Translations under genes and position numbers: made by a program
Origin: Chloroflexota bacterium
GTDB lineage: Bacteria > Chloroflexota > Limnocylindria > Limnocylindrales > CSP1-4
Length of the DNA stretch: 64,000 bases
Reading direction: 5' to 3'
Assembly (NCBI GenBank): GCA_044506615.1
Contig: JBIQKJ010000004.1
Span: 134,383-198,382, forward strand
Notes under the pieces: generated by a model
Seen by the model: the letters and a program-made list of their open reading frames with translations, nothing else
Database searches by the model: none
Told to the model about the DNA's origin: nothing
Part shown: in pieces, positions 1 through 9,624 of the stretch
Layout: every line of letters starts with the position of its first letter
How positions within the stretch are numbered: position 1 is the stretch's first letter

Positions 1-280
1 AGTGACCGACGACATGCGCCGCCTCGAGGCCCAGCGCGTCCATGAGCCCGAGCGCGTCCGCCCCGAAGCCGCGCGTCGAGTACCGGTCGCGACCGGCCGG
101 CGTGTTGCCGGTGCCGCGGTGGTCGAACGTGAGGACGGCGTGGTGCTCAGCCAGGCGCTCGACGAGCGCCGGATACCAGGTGGCGCCGGGATAGCCCGTG
201 CCGGCCACGAGGACGAGCGGCGTTCCGGAGCCGGTGAGCTCGTAGGCGATCGATGTGTCGTTGACGACGATGGTGGGCAT
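1..280 (-). CDS. alpha/beta-fold hydrolase (N-terminal part only; the gene runs off the left edge)
   Basis: Reverse translation from ATG (280-278) reads MPTIVVNDTSIAYELTGSGTPLVLVAGTGYPGATWYPALVERLAEHHAVLTFDHRGTGNTPAGRDRYSTRGFGADALGLMDALGLEAAHVVGH. This is the typical N-terminal strand/loop pattern of alpha/beta hydrolases. The start overlaps the stop of the upstream MFS gene (TGATG). Confidence 0.65.
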   Translation of the reverse strand, partial: MPTIVVNDTSIAYELTGSGTPLVLVAGTGYPGATWYPALVERLAEHHAVLTFDHRGTGNTPAGRDRYSTRGFGADALGLMDALGLEAAHVVGH

Positions 281-1611
281 CAGACCTCCTGGATGGCGCC
301 GGGTTCGGGGCGCGGCGATTCGCCCATCCCGGCAAGGAGCCGGCGGGCGACGAGCGCGAGCACGAGATAGACCGACAGGAACGCGAGCGGCAGGATGCGG
401 AACATGGCGTCGAGGCCGACGGCGCTCGCTGTCAGACCGCCGAGGAGCGGACCGACCATCTTCCCGACGTCGAGGCCACCGGTCATCAGCGCCGCGGCCG
501 CGCCGGCCTGGCGGGGCGGCGTCGCCTCCATCGCGGTCGCGCTCGTGGTGACCCGCAGCAGGCCGCGACTGACCCCGTTGAGCGCGAACAGCGGGAGCAA
601 CGCCAGGTAGCCGCCGCCGGACGGGATCAACGCCAGCGTGCCGGCCGACAGCACGAGCAGCGGCACATGGAGGCGGGACGCGCGAACGTGGCCCATCAGC
701 CAGCCCGCGCCGAACCGGGTCACGGCCGACACGCCGGAGCGGATGCTCGAGAGCGTGCCGATCTCCGCGACGGTCAGCCCGATCGCGAGGCCGAGCAGCG
801 GGAAGAACGTCTGGAGCAGGCCGTTCATCACGTTCACGTAGACCGCGACGACGGCCGCGATCCAGACCGGCCACGGGACCGCCCCGAGCCGCCCCGTCAC
901 GCTCCTCCGCAGGCTGGGCGCGGCGATGCTGGTGGACGGTCCGGGCCCCGTGGCGCCCGTGGGCTGCGGGTCATCCGCCGCGGTCGGCGGCAGGCGGAGT
1001 GCGATGAGCGACGCGGCCACGACCGGGATGACCGCGAGCGTCAGCATCGCGGCCGGCACGCCGATCAGCTCGGCGAGCACGCCGCCGACCGTCGTCGCCA
1101 TCGCCATCGCCGCGCCCTGGAACCCGATGTACCAGCCCATCGCGACCGCCGGCGAGATGCCGCGCGGCGTGCGCAGGATGACGAGCGCGAGCAGCGCGGT
1201 CGTCGCGACGCCCCAGCCGAAGCCGTCGACCGCCATGAGCAGCGTGAACAGCCGCGCGTCGTCGACCCATGGAACGGGCAGGTAGGCGAGCGTGCTGGCC
1301 AGCCCGGCGACCACGATGAGCACCCGCGCCCGATCCGCTCGAAAGAGGGTGCCGGCGACGCCGCGCGAGAGCAGGCTCGTAAGGGAGAAGGCGAAGATGA
1401 TGAGCCCGATCTGGGACGGTCCGATCCCCCGGTCGTGCAGGTTGATCGGCACGAGAAACCGGAGCGCGCCCTCGGCGAGCTCGAACAGCATCGTCGCGAA
1501 GTAGATGCCGGCCAGCGGGTTGCGCGGGTCGAGCGGATTCCGGGGCGGCCCGTCCGGGCGATCGGCGATGGAATCGGCTCCGGAGGTTCGACGCCACCGG
1601 AGCCGTGCCAC
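280..1611 (-). CDS. MFS transporter
   Basis: 443-aa ORF with about 12 hydrophobic segments split by a central Pro/Ala-rich loop and GC-rich third codon positions. GTG start lies 9 nt after the stop of the bicupin gene. Confidence 0.8.
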   Translation of the reverse strand: MARLRWRRTSGADSIADRPDGPPRNPLDPRNPLAGIYFATMLFELAEGALRFLVPINLHDRGIGPSQIGLIIFAFSLTSLLSRGVAGTLFRADRARVLIVVAGLASTLAYLPVPWVDDARLFTLLMAVDGFGWGVATTALLALVILRTPRGISPAVAMGWYIGFQGAAMAMATTVGGVLAELIGVPAAMLTLAVIPVVAASLIALRLPPTAADDPQPTGATGPGPSTSIAAPSLRRSVTGRLGAVPWPVWIAAVVAVYVNVMNGLLQTFFPLLGLAIGLTVAEIGTLSSIRSGVSAVTRFGAGWLMGHVRASRLHVPLLVLSAGTLALIPSGGGYLALLPLFALNGVSRGLLRVTTSATAMEATPPRQAGAAAALMTGGLDVGKMVGPLLGGLTASAVGLDAMFRILPLAFLSVYLVLALVARRLLAGMGESPRPEPGAIQEV

Positions 1612-1620
1612 GTCCTGGCC

Positions 1621-2697
1621 TCAGCCCTCCCGTGCGCCGGCGAAGGCCGCACGGTCGGCCTCGAGGACGTTCGGCCATCGGTCGGGGAAGCGGCCGTCGA
1701 GCGAGGTGTTGCCCTTCACGCCGAGCGCGCGCTCGATGAACGTGTTCTGGACCCGCAGGTAACGGACCGGCTCGTCGCCGACCTGGTCGTGCCGGCGCGT
1801 CGTGTTGAACGGCACCGACAGCAGGTCGCCGGCGGTCCACTCGACCGTGGCCTCGCGGCCGTCGTCGGAGCGGATCGTCGTCCGACCCGATCCCTGGAGG
1901 ATCAGCATCGCCTCTTCGGCCAACGGCCGGTGCTCGCGGACGTGGCCGCCGACCGCGATCTCGAGGAGCGCGTGGTCGATCGTCCGGTGGCCGCCCATCG
2001 AGAAGCGGGCGATCCCCACCCCCTCGCCGGCGTCCGGGTACGGCTCGACCGGCTCGCGCACCACGTCCGGGATGTGGTTGACCTTGACCTTGCCGTAGTT
2101 GCCCGGCTCCCGCCGGGTCCAGTAGTCGGGCTCGTCGTCGTACCGATCGTGGAACCGGAAATCGTTCTGGTAGACGAACTCGCGGCTGTGGAAGATCTTG
2201 CGCAGGAAGCGGGTGTTCTTGAACGCGAGCTGGAGGGCCGGCTCGGTTGCGCTCGCGTTGTAGTGCTTGTGCCAGGCGTTCGAGGGGATCGTCACGACGT
2301 CCCCGGCCTTCCAGTCGATGCGCTGGTCCGGCTTGTCGTCGCCCTGGCGCAGCTCGCTCCAGCCAGCCCCCGAGACGATGTAGAACGTCGCCTCGTCGAG
2401 ATGGCGGTGCCCCTGCTTCTCGCCGCCGGGCGGAACCTCGCTCAGGTGGATGCCCAGGGTCGTGTTCCCGGCAAGGCCGTCGAACGCCGCAGCGTGCGGG
2501 ACCGGCCCGTCGGCGCCGTTGGCCCGGTTCCGCCGCTTCGGGCGGGGCATCAGGGGGAAGGTGGGAATCCCGCGGGCGATGACGCCCTCGACCATGAGGA
2601 ACTGGCGCGCCTCGTCGAAGTAGAGGCTGCCGCCCCCCGGCCCGGTCTCGCCGGGTGCGTCCGGCGCGACCGCGTTCGACGTTCCCTGCTCGGTCAC
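1621..2697 (-). CDS. bicupin protein, gentisate-1,2-dioxygenase-like
   Basis: 358 aa. The N-terminal cupin has both motifs intact (GEKQGHRHLDEATFYIVSGAG and GDVVTIPSNAWHKHYN). The second cupin is degenerate (GGHVREHRPLAEEAMLILQGSG). GGAGGAG lies upstream of the GTG start. Confidence 0.7.
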   Translation of the reverse strand: MTEQGTSNAVAPDAPGETGPGGGSLYFDEARQFLMVEGVIARGIPTFPLMPRPKRRNRANGADGPVPHAAAFDGLAGNTTLGIHLSEVPPGGEKQGHRHLDEATFYIVSGAGWSELRQGDDKPDQRIDWKAGDVVTIPSNAWHKHYNASATEPALQLAFKNTRFLRKIFHSREFVYQNDFRFHDRYDDEPDYWTRREPGNYGKVKVNHIPDVVREPVEPYPDAGEGVGIARFSMGGHRTIDHALLEIAVGGHVREHRPLAEEAMLILQGSGRTTIRSDDGREATVEWTAGDLLSVPFNTTRRHDQVGDEPVRYLRVQNTFIERALGVKGNTSLDGRFPDRWPNVLEADRAAFAGAREG

Positions 2698-2701
2698 CGG
2701 G

Positions 2702-3220
2702 CTACTCCTCCCCGGCCGGGCTGTCGGGATGGCGCTCGATCTGGTGGAGACCCATCGCCTTCACGGTGAACGTGTCCTGAATGGCCAGGTAGCGCGCGGT
2801 CTCGGTCTCCGAGTCGTTGAAGTGCTGGTGCCACGCCCACAGCGGGATCCCGATGAGGTCGCCCTCCTCCCAGTCGATCCGCTGGAGCTCCTCGCCGTCG
2901 TAGCCCATGATCGTGTGGCCGGTGCCCTTGACGATGTACAGCACGGCCTCGGTCGTGTGCCGGTGGTTGACCGAGGCCTTGCCCGGCGGCAGCTCCGACA
3001 GGTGTGGCTGCAGGCGGATGGCGCCCGACAGGCGATAGAAGCGGGCCTTGGTGCCGCGGTACTCACGCGCGACGAGCTCGGTCGTCTTCAGGTTCTTGAC
3101 GATCGTGGCCTCGACCGGCGGGTGCTTCTTGTTCCACTGCTCCCGCTGGGTCATCTCGGTGATCGCCGTGCCGCTGAGCGGCTGCTCCTCGTGGGCGATC
3201 AGCTTGTTCGCGTCGGCCAC
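2702..3220 (-). CDS. single-domain cupin protein (paralogue of the N-terminal cupin of the adjacent bicupin)
   Basis: Cupin motifs GKASVNHRHTTEAVLYIVKGTG and GDLIGIPLWAWHQHFN. The six-frame ORF extends to 3298, but its first about 26 codons use AT-rich third positions atypical for this genome. GTG at 3220 is preceded by GAGGAGGAA, so that start is preferred. Confidence 0.65.
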   Translation of the reverse strand: MADANKLIAHEEQPLSGTAITEMTQREQWNKKHPPVEATIVKNLKTTELVAREYRGTKARFYRLSGAIRLQPHLSELPPGKASVNHRHTTEAVLYIVKGTGHTIMGYDGEELQRIDWEEGDLIGIPLWAWHQHFNDSETETARYLAIQDTFTVKAMGLHQIERHPDSPAGEE

Positions 3221-3353
3221 CGGTTCCTCCTCGGTCGTGTGCACACTCGGACGTTCAAGGGAGACAATACCAGAGAAAATGTAGCCATCATCATCCACCG
3301 ACCGCTATGATGGCAGCCGGCCCCGACCACCGTACCGCCGATCGAGGACGCCC

Positions 3354-4229
3354 GTGATCCCGCGCTTTGCGCTCGCCCGCCCCGACACGTTGCAGGACGC
3401 CTTCGAAGCGTTCGATGCCGCCGGCGGCGACGCTGCCTGGTTCGCTGGGGGGACCGAGCTGCTCCAGGTCATGAAGATGGGCTTCGCCCAGTTCGACACG
3501 CTCATCGACCTGAAGCGGATCCCCGACCTCCATGGCATCGCCGCCGACGCCGACGGCTGGCTCGTGATCGGCGCGGCCACCACCCACCGGGAGATCGAGC
3601 GCTCCCCGCTCGTGGCGCAGCGCGCAGCGGGCCTCGCCGCATTGGCCTCGCGCGTCGCGAACGTGCGCGTTCGCAACACGGGCACGCTCGGGGGCAACCT
3701 CGCGTTCGCGGAGCCGCACTCGGATCCCGCGACGTTCCTGCTCGCATGTGGCGCCACCATCCGTCTCGCCGGGCCGCGCGGCACGCGCGAGCTGCCGATC
3801 GGCGAGTTCGTCCTCGGGCCGCTGTTCACCGCGCGCGAGCCCGACGAGATCGTCGTCTCGGTCCGGATCCCGCCGGCCGCGTCGGGCGAGGGCCGGGGGT
3901 ACGACAAGATCGCCTTCTTCGAGCGGCCTGCGGCCTCGGTCGCCGCACGTCTCATCGTGGAGGGCGGGGCGGTCACGGCCGCGACGGTCGCGGTCGGCTC
4001 GCTGACCGAGGTGCCGACGCTCGTGCCCGCGGCGGCGGAGCGCCTCGTCGGCGCGGCCGCGGAGGAAGGATCCATCACCGCATCGCTGACCGCGGCCGCG
4101 GAGACGTTCGAAACCCTCGAGATCGTGCCCGACCTCAACGGGTCGGTCGACTACAAGCGCCACCTCGCGACGCTGCTGCTGGGCAACGCGACGCGGGCCG
4201 CGCTCCGGGAGGCCCTCGCGCATGGCTGA
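3354..4229 (+). CDS. molybdenum hydroxylase FAD-binding (medium, CoxM/XdhB-like) subunit
   Basis: 291 aa with AGGTELL and TLGGNLA motifs typical of the FAD-binding subunit of the xanthine dehydrogenase/CO dehydrogenase family. Overlaps the next gene by 8 nt. Confidence 0.85.
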   Translation: MIPRFALARPDTLQDAFEAFDAAGGDAAWFAGGTELLQVMKMGFAQFDTLIDLKRIPDLHGIAADADGWLVIGAATTHREIERSPLVAQRAAGLAALASRVANVRVRNTGTLGGNLAFAEPHSDPATFLLACGATIRLAGPRGTRELPIGEFVLGPLFTAREPDEIVVSVRIPPAASGEGRGYDKIAFFERPAASVAARLIVEGGAVTAATVAVGSLTEVPTLVPAAAERLVGAAAEEGSITASLTAAAETFETLEIVPDLNGSVDYKRHLATLLLGNATRAALREALAHG

Positions 4230-4710
4230 CGCAGTCGGGATCGAGCTTGCGGTCAACGGCGTCGCCCGGCGGCTCGACATTGAGCCGCGCGAGACGCTGG
4301 CGGAGGTGCTCCGGGCCCGTCTCGGGCTCACCGGCACCAAGATCTCGTGCGACGCCCAGGTGTGCGGGGCATGCACGGTCCTCGTCGACGGCCTGGCGGT
4401 CAGTGCCTGCACCTATCTCGCGGTCGATGCCGACGGCCGGGCCGTGCGGACCGTCGAGGGGCTCGCCGCCGGCGGTGCGCTGAGCCCGCTGCAACAGGCG
4501 TTCATCGACAAGGCGGCGTTCCAGTGCGGCTTCTGCACCGCCGGGATGCTGATGACCGCGACCGCGCTGCTGGAGGACGACCCGCGCCCGACACGAGAGG
4601 CCGTCATCCACGGTCTCGAGGGCAATCTGTGTCGGTGTACGGGCTACGTCTCGATCGTCGACGCGGTCCTTGCGGCAGCCGGCGTCGAGCCCGAGGAGGG
4701 GGCGGCATGA
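4222..4710 (+). CDS. molybdenum hydroxylase [2Fe-2S] small (CoxS/XdhC-type iron-sulfur) subunit
   Basis: 162 aa carrying both 2Fe-2S motifs (CDAQVCGACTVLVDG...SC and QCGFCTAGMLM...CRCTGY). Confidence 0.9.
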   Translation: MADAVGIELAVNGVARRLDIEPRETLAEVLRARLGLTGTKISCDAQVCGACTVLVDGLAVSACTYLAVDADGRAVRTVEGLAAGGALSPLQQAFIDKAAFQCGFCTAGMLMTATALLEDDPRPTREAVIHGLEGNLCRCTGYVSIVDAVLAAAGVEPEEGAA

Positions 4711-7016
4711 GACGGGTCACGACGCGACCCACCCCGCCCGAGCCGATCGGTCTGTCGGTTCCCCGTCGCGACGGGCTGGCCAAGGTCACCGGGACCGCAC
4801 GGTTCACGGTCGACATCGACCTGCCCGGCATGGCCCACGCCAAGGTGCTTCGGAGCCCCTATCCCCACGCGCGGATCCGCTCGATCGACACGAGCGCCGC
4901 ACAGGCCCACCCGGGCGTCGTGGCCGTCGTCACCGCCGACGACCTGACCGACGTCCACCTCGTCTACGGGCACGCGGTCGCCGACCATCCGCTCATCGCC
5001 GTCGAGAAGGTGCGGTTCGCGGGCGAACCGGTGGTGGGCGTCGTCGCCGACGACGCGGTGACGGCCGAGGAGGCGCTCCGCCTCGTCAGCGTGGACTACG
5101 AGCCGCTGCCGTTCGTCACGACCGTCGAGGAGGCGCTCGGCGAGGACGCGCCGATCATCCACGAGAAGCCCGGCGAGCAGCGACCGCATCGCGGTTTCGA
5201 AGAGGACATCACCCGGACCCACCAGAACGTCTGCTCGCACTCGCGCCAGGCCTGGGGCGATGTCGAGGGTGCGCTCGCGACGGCGGATCTCGTCGTCGAG
5301 GGCGAGTATCGCTACCCGATGTGCTACGCGTACGCGATGGAGCCGTACACCGCGGTTGCGCGCTGGGACGAGTCCGGGCTCAGCGTCTGGTCGTCGGCCC
5401 AACACCCGTACATGGTCCGCGAGGACCTCGCCCACTGCTTCGGCTTGCCGCTGTCGGCGGTGCGCGTGATCGTCCCGTACGTCGGCGGCGGCTACGGCAG
5501 CAAGTCCTATACGAAGATCGAGCCGCTGACCGCGGCCCTGGCGCTCCGCGCGGGCCGGCCGGTCCGGCTCGCGCTGACGGTCGAGGAGGCGATCCTCACG
5601 ACCCGTGGCGACGCGGCGACGATCCGTCTCCGGACGGGCTTCGATCGGGACGGCCGGATCGTCGGTCGCCAGGCGAACGTCCTGCTGAACACCGGCGGGT
5701 ATGCGGAGAACTCCCCGCTCGTCGCGCGCAAGGCGGCCAACCGCCTCGGGGGGCCGTACCGGATCCCTGCGCTCGAGGTCAACTGCTCGGCTGTCTACAC
5801 CAACACGGCGCCGGCGTCGTCGTTCCGTGGCTTCGGCGCGCCCCAGGTCACGCTTGCCGCCGAATCGCAGATCGACGAGGCAGCGCAGCGCCTCGGGCTG
5901 GACCCCCTGGAGATCCGCCGACGGAACGTGCTCGCGCCGCGCGAGCGGCCGTGGCCGCGCGTGCGCGGGATCGACGCGGACCTCGCCGCCGATCTCGACC
6001 TCGTCGCGGAGGAGCTCGACTGGGACGCGCCGCTCGAGCCGGGACGCGGCAAGGCCGTCTGCATCTCGGCGTCCGACGCCGGCTCGGAGCCGATGACGAC
6101 CGCGGTCCTGCGTGTGCACTCGGATGGTTCGGTTACGGTCCTGTGCGGGAGCACCGAGATGGGTCAGGGCTCGTCGACCGTCCTGGCCCAGATGGCGGCC
6201 GGCGAGATGGGCGTCCCGATGGAGCGCGTCCACCTCCTCCAGAGCGACACCGCGGCCGTCACGTACGACCGCTCGACGGGTGCCAGCCGGACGACGACGC
6301 TGATGGGCCTCGCCATCCAGGCAGCCGCCCAGGACGCGCGGGCCCAACTCGTCCAGTGGGCGCAGGAGTCGCTCGCGCCGGACGGGCCGACGGTCCGCGA
6401 GGAGCACGCTGGCGTTCGGATCGGCGACGCGTTCCACGACTGGGGCGCGATCGTCCGCGGGTGGTTCGGCGGAAGCGCCGGCGAGGTCGTCGGACGCGGG
6501 TACATCCGGCGCGCCGGGATCACCGAGGAGATGCCGCCCTTCTGGGAGATCGGCTGCGTCGGAGTCGACCTGAGCGTCGACGAGTCGACCGGTGAGATCC
6601 GGATCCACCGCCTCGTGACCGTGGGCGATGTCGGCAACGCGGTCAATCCACAGCTGGTCGAGTCCCAGGACATCGGCGCGGCCATGATGGGGCTCGGCAT
6701 GGCGACGCGCGAGGAGCTCGTCTACCAGGACGGCAACCTGATCAACGGCAACCTCTTCGACTATCGCGTCCCTCGCACGATCGACCTGCCCGACTGGCGA
6801 TCGATCATCGCGGAGCGCGGCGACGGCGTTGGGCTGTACGGCGCAAAGGGGGGCGGCGAAGGCTCGCTCAACCCGGTCGCCGCGGCCATTGCCAATGCCG
6901 TGTACCGCGCGGCGGGCATCCGGCTCCGCGAGGCGCCGTTCACGCCGGAGCGGGTCTGGCACGCGATCCAGGAGCGCGACCGGGAGCGCATGGCGGCGGG
7001 TGGCCCCGACGCCTGA
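4707..7016 (+). CDS. molybdopterin-binding large subunit, xanthine dehydrogenase/aldehyde oxidase family
   Basis: 769 aa starting at the ATG in an ATGA overlap with the small subunit. Motifs GGGYGSKS, FRGFGAPQ and GAKGGGEGS (catalytic Glu region) are present. The CO-dehydrogenase VAYRCSFR active-site loop was not seen, so this is a generic hydroxylase rather than a CODH. Confidence 0.9.
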   Translation: MRRVTTRPTPPEPIGLSVPRRDGLAKVTGTARFTVDIDLPGMAHAKVLRSPYPHARIRSIDTSAAQAHPGVVAVVTADDLTDVHLVYGHAVADHPLIAVEKVRFAGEPVVGVVADDAVTAEEALRLVSVDYEPLPFVTTVEEALGEDAPIIHEKPGEQRPHRGFEEDITRTHQNVCSHSRQAWGDVEGALATADLVVEGEYRYPMCYAYAMEPYTAVARWDESGLSVWSSAQHPYMVREDLAHCFGLPLSAVRVIVPYVGGGYGSKSYTKIEPLTAALALRAGRPVRLALTVEEAILTTRGDAATIRLRTGFDRDGRIVGRQANVLLNTGGYAENSPLVARKAANRLGGPYRIPALEVNCSAVYTNTAPASSFRGFGAPQVTLAAESQIDEAAQRLGLDPLEIRRRNVLAPRERPWPRVRGIDADLAADLDLVAEELDWDAPLEPGRGKAVCISASDAGSEPMTTAVLRVHSDGSVTVLCGSTEMGQGSSTVLAQMAAGEMGVPMERVHLLQSDTAAVTYDRSTGASRTTTLMGLAIQAAAQDARAQLVQWAQESLAPDGPTVREEHAGVRIGDAFHDWGAIVRGWFGGSAGEVVGRGYIRRAGITEEMPPFWEIGCVGVDLSVDESTGEIRIHRLVTVGDVGNAVNPQLVESQDIGAAMMGLGMATREELVYQDGNLINGNLFDYRVPRTIDLPDWRSIIAERGDGVGLYGAKGGGEGSLNPVAAAIANAVYRAAGIRLREAPFTPERVWHAIQERDRERMAAGGPDA

Positions 7017-7470
7017 GGCGCGCCTGGCGGAGCTCGGGCTGCGCCTGCCGGTCCTGTCGCCGGCGCGCGGCCACTACGTCCGGGCGCGACGCTACGGCAA
7101 CCTGCTGTATCTCGCCGGTCACGGCCCGGCCCCCGACGCCGACGGCACCCGCCCGACGGGCCGCGTCGGCGGGGAGTTCACGGTCGACGAGGGCTACGGG
7201 CTCGCCCGGCGCTCGGGGCTCGCGCTGCTGGCGACGCTGTCCGCCGAGCTGGGCACGCTCGAGCGGGTCCGGGCCGTCCTGCGCGTCTTCGGGATGGTGG
7301 CCGTCGCCCCGGACTTCGACGCGACCCCGGCCGTGATCGACGGCTGCTCCGACCTGCTCGTGGACGTGTTCGGCGAGGACGTCGGACGCCATGCCCGATC
7401 GGCGGTCGGCGTCGCCGCGTTGCCCTACGGGCTCCCGGTCGAGATCGAGGCGGTCGTCGCGGTCGAGTAG
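7000..7470 (+). CDS. RidA/YjgF/L-PSP family protein
   Basis: C-terminal 156 aa of ORF 6829..7470 (ARGHYVRARRYGNLLYLAGHGP...ARSAVGVAALPYGLPVEIEAVV). GTG at 7000 overlaps the end of the large subunit by 17 nt. The start is uncertain. Confidence 0.65.
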   Translation: MAPTPEARLAELGLRLPVLSPARGHYVRARRYGNLLYLAGHGPAPDADGTRPTGRVGGEFTVDEGYGLARRSGLALLATLSAELGTLERVRAVLRVFGMVAVAPDFDATPAVIDGCSDLLVDVFGEDVGRHARSAVGVAALPYGLPVEIEAVVAVE

Positions 7471-7474
7471 CCGA

Positions 7475-9004
7475 TCAGACCGCGGCGGGCGCTCCGGCCC
7501 GCGACGCCGCGATCGCCCTGGCCGCGATCTCGCCGACGAGGATCGCGGCGAGGTTCGTGTTGGCGTGCGGCACGGTCGGGAGCACCGATGCGTCCGCCAC
7601 GCGCAGCCCGTCGATCCCGTGCACGCGCAGCTCGGGGTCCACGACGGCGCTCGAGTCACCCGCCGGTCCGATGCGGCACGTCCCCACCCCGTGGTGGTAC
7701 GTCTCGTACGTGGTGCGCACGTGTTCGGCGAGATCGTCGCCCTCGGCCGGCGTCAGCCGCTCCCCGTAGAACGCGGCAAGCGCGGGGTGGTCGGTGAGCC
7801 GATCGACGAACCCGATCCCGCCGACGAGGGCCTCGACGTCCGCGGGGTCGGCGAGCAGTGCGGTGTCGATCCGGGGCAGCTCGTCGGGATCGGCGGAGGC
7901 GAGCGTGACGCGGCCGCGCGAGCGCTGCTCGAGCAGGTGGAGCGAGACCGGGAGCAGCGGGGCCATGCCGGTCATCCGGATGCTCGGCCGGAGGAAGACG
8001 TGCAGGTCGGGCGTCGCGACATCGTCCCGGCTTCGAGCGATGAGCCGGACCTTGGGGATGACGTAGTCCTCGCGCAGCTCACCGGTTCCCGCGTAGGTCA
8101 CGTAGACCACCGCGTGGTCCTGGAGGTTCTCGCCGACGCCCGGCAGATCGTGCACGACGGAGATCCCCAGCCGGGCGAGCTCCGCGGGACGACCGATCCC
8201 CGAGAGCTCGAGCAGCTGCGGCGAGTGGTAGGCGCCGGCGGCGAGCACGACGTCGCCGGCGGCGATCTCGCGTGGTCCGTCGGGGGACGCCAGCTCGACG
8301 CCGGTCGCCCGGCGCCCGTCGAGGACGACCCGGCGGACCGTGGTGTCGGCGACGATGTCGAGATTGGGGCGATTGCGAGCGGGATCCAGGTAGGCCACGG
8401 CGGTCGACTGCCGCACGCCGTCGCGGATGTTGTAGGGCGACGCGCACACGCCGTACGGCTCGGGGACGTTCAGGTCGGGGCAGCGCGGGATCCCGAGATC
8501 GTCCGCCGCTTCCAGCAACGCCCGGACCGGCGGGTCGGCCGGATCGTCGAGCTTCCAGGCCCGCTCGAGGACGAGCGGGCCGTCGGCTCCGTGGATGGGG
8601 CTGTCGGCGAAGTCCGCGTCGCTCTCGACCGCGCGCATGAGCGGGAGCAGCGCCTCGTACGTCCAGGCGGGACCGCCGTACGCCGCCCAGGCGTCGAAGT
8701 CGACCTGCATCGGGCGGACCACGACGCAGTTGTTCACCGCCGAGCCGCCGCCGAGGATCCGGCCCGACAACAGCGGGAACGTCGAGCCGTCGGCGCGCTC
8801 GACGTCGTACATGCGGACGTAGTCGCTGCCGAGCACGAGCTCGCCCTGCCGCTTGGGGTTCGCGACGATGTCCGGAACCGGCTGCGGATCCGGCCCGGCC
8901 TCGACGAGCAGCACGGTGCGCGCAGGGTCCTCGCTGGCGCGCGCCGCAACGACGCATCCGGCCGTGCCGCCGCCCACGACGATGAGGTCGTAGCGGTCCC
9001 TCAT
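7475..9004 (-). CDS. GMC-family FAD oxidoreductase (choline dehydrogenase-like)
   Basis: 509 aa from MRDRYDLIVVGGGTAGCVVAARASEDP (Rossmann GxGxxG). The C-terminal GMC signature region is HHGVGTCRIG...VADASVLP. The upstream 136 codons of the six-frame ORF are Arg/Gly/Pro junk. ATGA overlap with the CoxG gene. Confidence 0.85.
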   Translation of the reverse strand: MRDRYDLIVVGGGTAGCVVAARASEDPARTVLLVEAGPDPQPVPDIVANPKRQGELVLGSDYVRMYDVERADGSTFPLLSGRILGGGSAVNNCVVVRPMQVDFDAWAAYGGPAWTYEALLPLMRAVESDADFADSPIHGADGPLVLERAWKLDDPADPPVRALLEAADDLGIPRCPDLNVPEPYGVCASPYNIRDGVRQSTAVAYLDPARNRPNLDIVADTTVRRVVLDGRRATGVELASPDGPREIAAGDVVLAAGAYHSPQLLELSGIGRPAELARLGISVVHDLPGVGENLQDHAVVYVTYAGTGELREDYVIPKVRLIARSRDDVATPDLHVFLRPSIRMTGMAPLLPVSLHLLEQRSRGRVTLASADPDELPRIDTALLADPADVEALVGGIGFVDRLTDHPALAAFYGERLTPAEGDDLAEHVRTTYETYHHGVGTCRIGPAGDSSAVVDPELRVHGIDGLRVADASVLPTVPHANTNLAAILVGEIAARAIAASRAGAPAAV

Positions 9005-9459
9005 CCCGGCGACTCCGCCTCGAGGTTCGTCCGGAGGCAGCGGGTGACCTGGCCGATCATGACCCCGGCGGTGGCGCGGAGGACCATCTCGCCGAGGATC
9101 GCAATCCGCCCGTGGACCTTGAGGTTCGCGTCGTAGTCGAGGCGGGTCGACCGTGCCCCGCCGGCCGCGAGCGTCACGAGGACATCCGCCTCCAGCCGGC
9201 TCTTCGTTACCGAGTCCGTCCCCTCGACGCGGACGGTCAGGCGCTCGGCCGGCACCTGGTCCGTCAGGACCGCCGTGAACGTGAACTGGCCCTCGATCGG
9301 GCCGACCGACGCCGTCACGGCCCCCTCGAACGTCCGGTCGTCGACCTTCCGGACGCCCTCGACCCCCGGGATGCACGAGGCGAGACTCGTGGGATCCACG
9401 ACGACCGCCCACACGGCCGCTGCCGGCGCGGCGATCTCGATCTGATCGCGGAACTTCAT
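9001..9459 (-). CDS. CoxG / SRPBCC-family protein (carbon monoxide dehydrogenase subunit G-like)
   Basis: 152 aa, MKFRDQIEIAAPAAAVWAVVVDPTSLASCIPGVE..., the typical CoxG N-terminus. Translationally coupled to the GMC oxidoreductase. Confidence 0.75.
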   Translation of the reverse strand: MKFRDQIEIAAPAAAVWAVVVDPTSLASCIPGVEGVRKVDDRTFEGAVTASVGPIEGQFTFTAVLTDQVPAERLTVRVEGTDSVTKSRLEADVLVTLAAGGARSTRLDYDANLKVHGRIAILGEMVLRATAGVMIGQVTRCLRTNLEAESPG

Positions 9460-9624
9460 CGGTTTGTGTACAAGAGGCGCTTCAGTGGATACATCTTACT
9501 CACTGTAGCGCGGGTCGCACCCGGCCGCACGTCTCCTGAGGGACGGCGCGCTGTCCCGTGATATGCATACAATCCGGTTCATGTTGGACACCATTCGGGC
9601 CGCGTCCGTGCGAGGAGCGACCTC

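Noticed and set aside
667-2769. 700-aa plus-strand ORF across the MFS and bicupin genes
   Set aside because: Extremely Arg/Asp/Gly/Pro-rich low-complexity translation lying antisense to two genes with clear family motifs. This is a typical high-GC shadow ORF.
4644-6962. 772-aa minus-strand ORF (and the 641-aa plus-strand ORF 4670..6595) overlapping the Mo-hydroxylase large subunit
   Set aside because: Both have Arg/Pro/Gly-dominated composition and no motifs. The frame at 4707..7016 carries the diagnostic XDH-family motifs.
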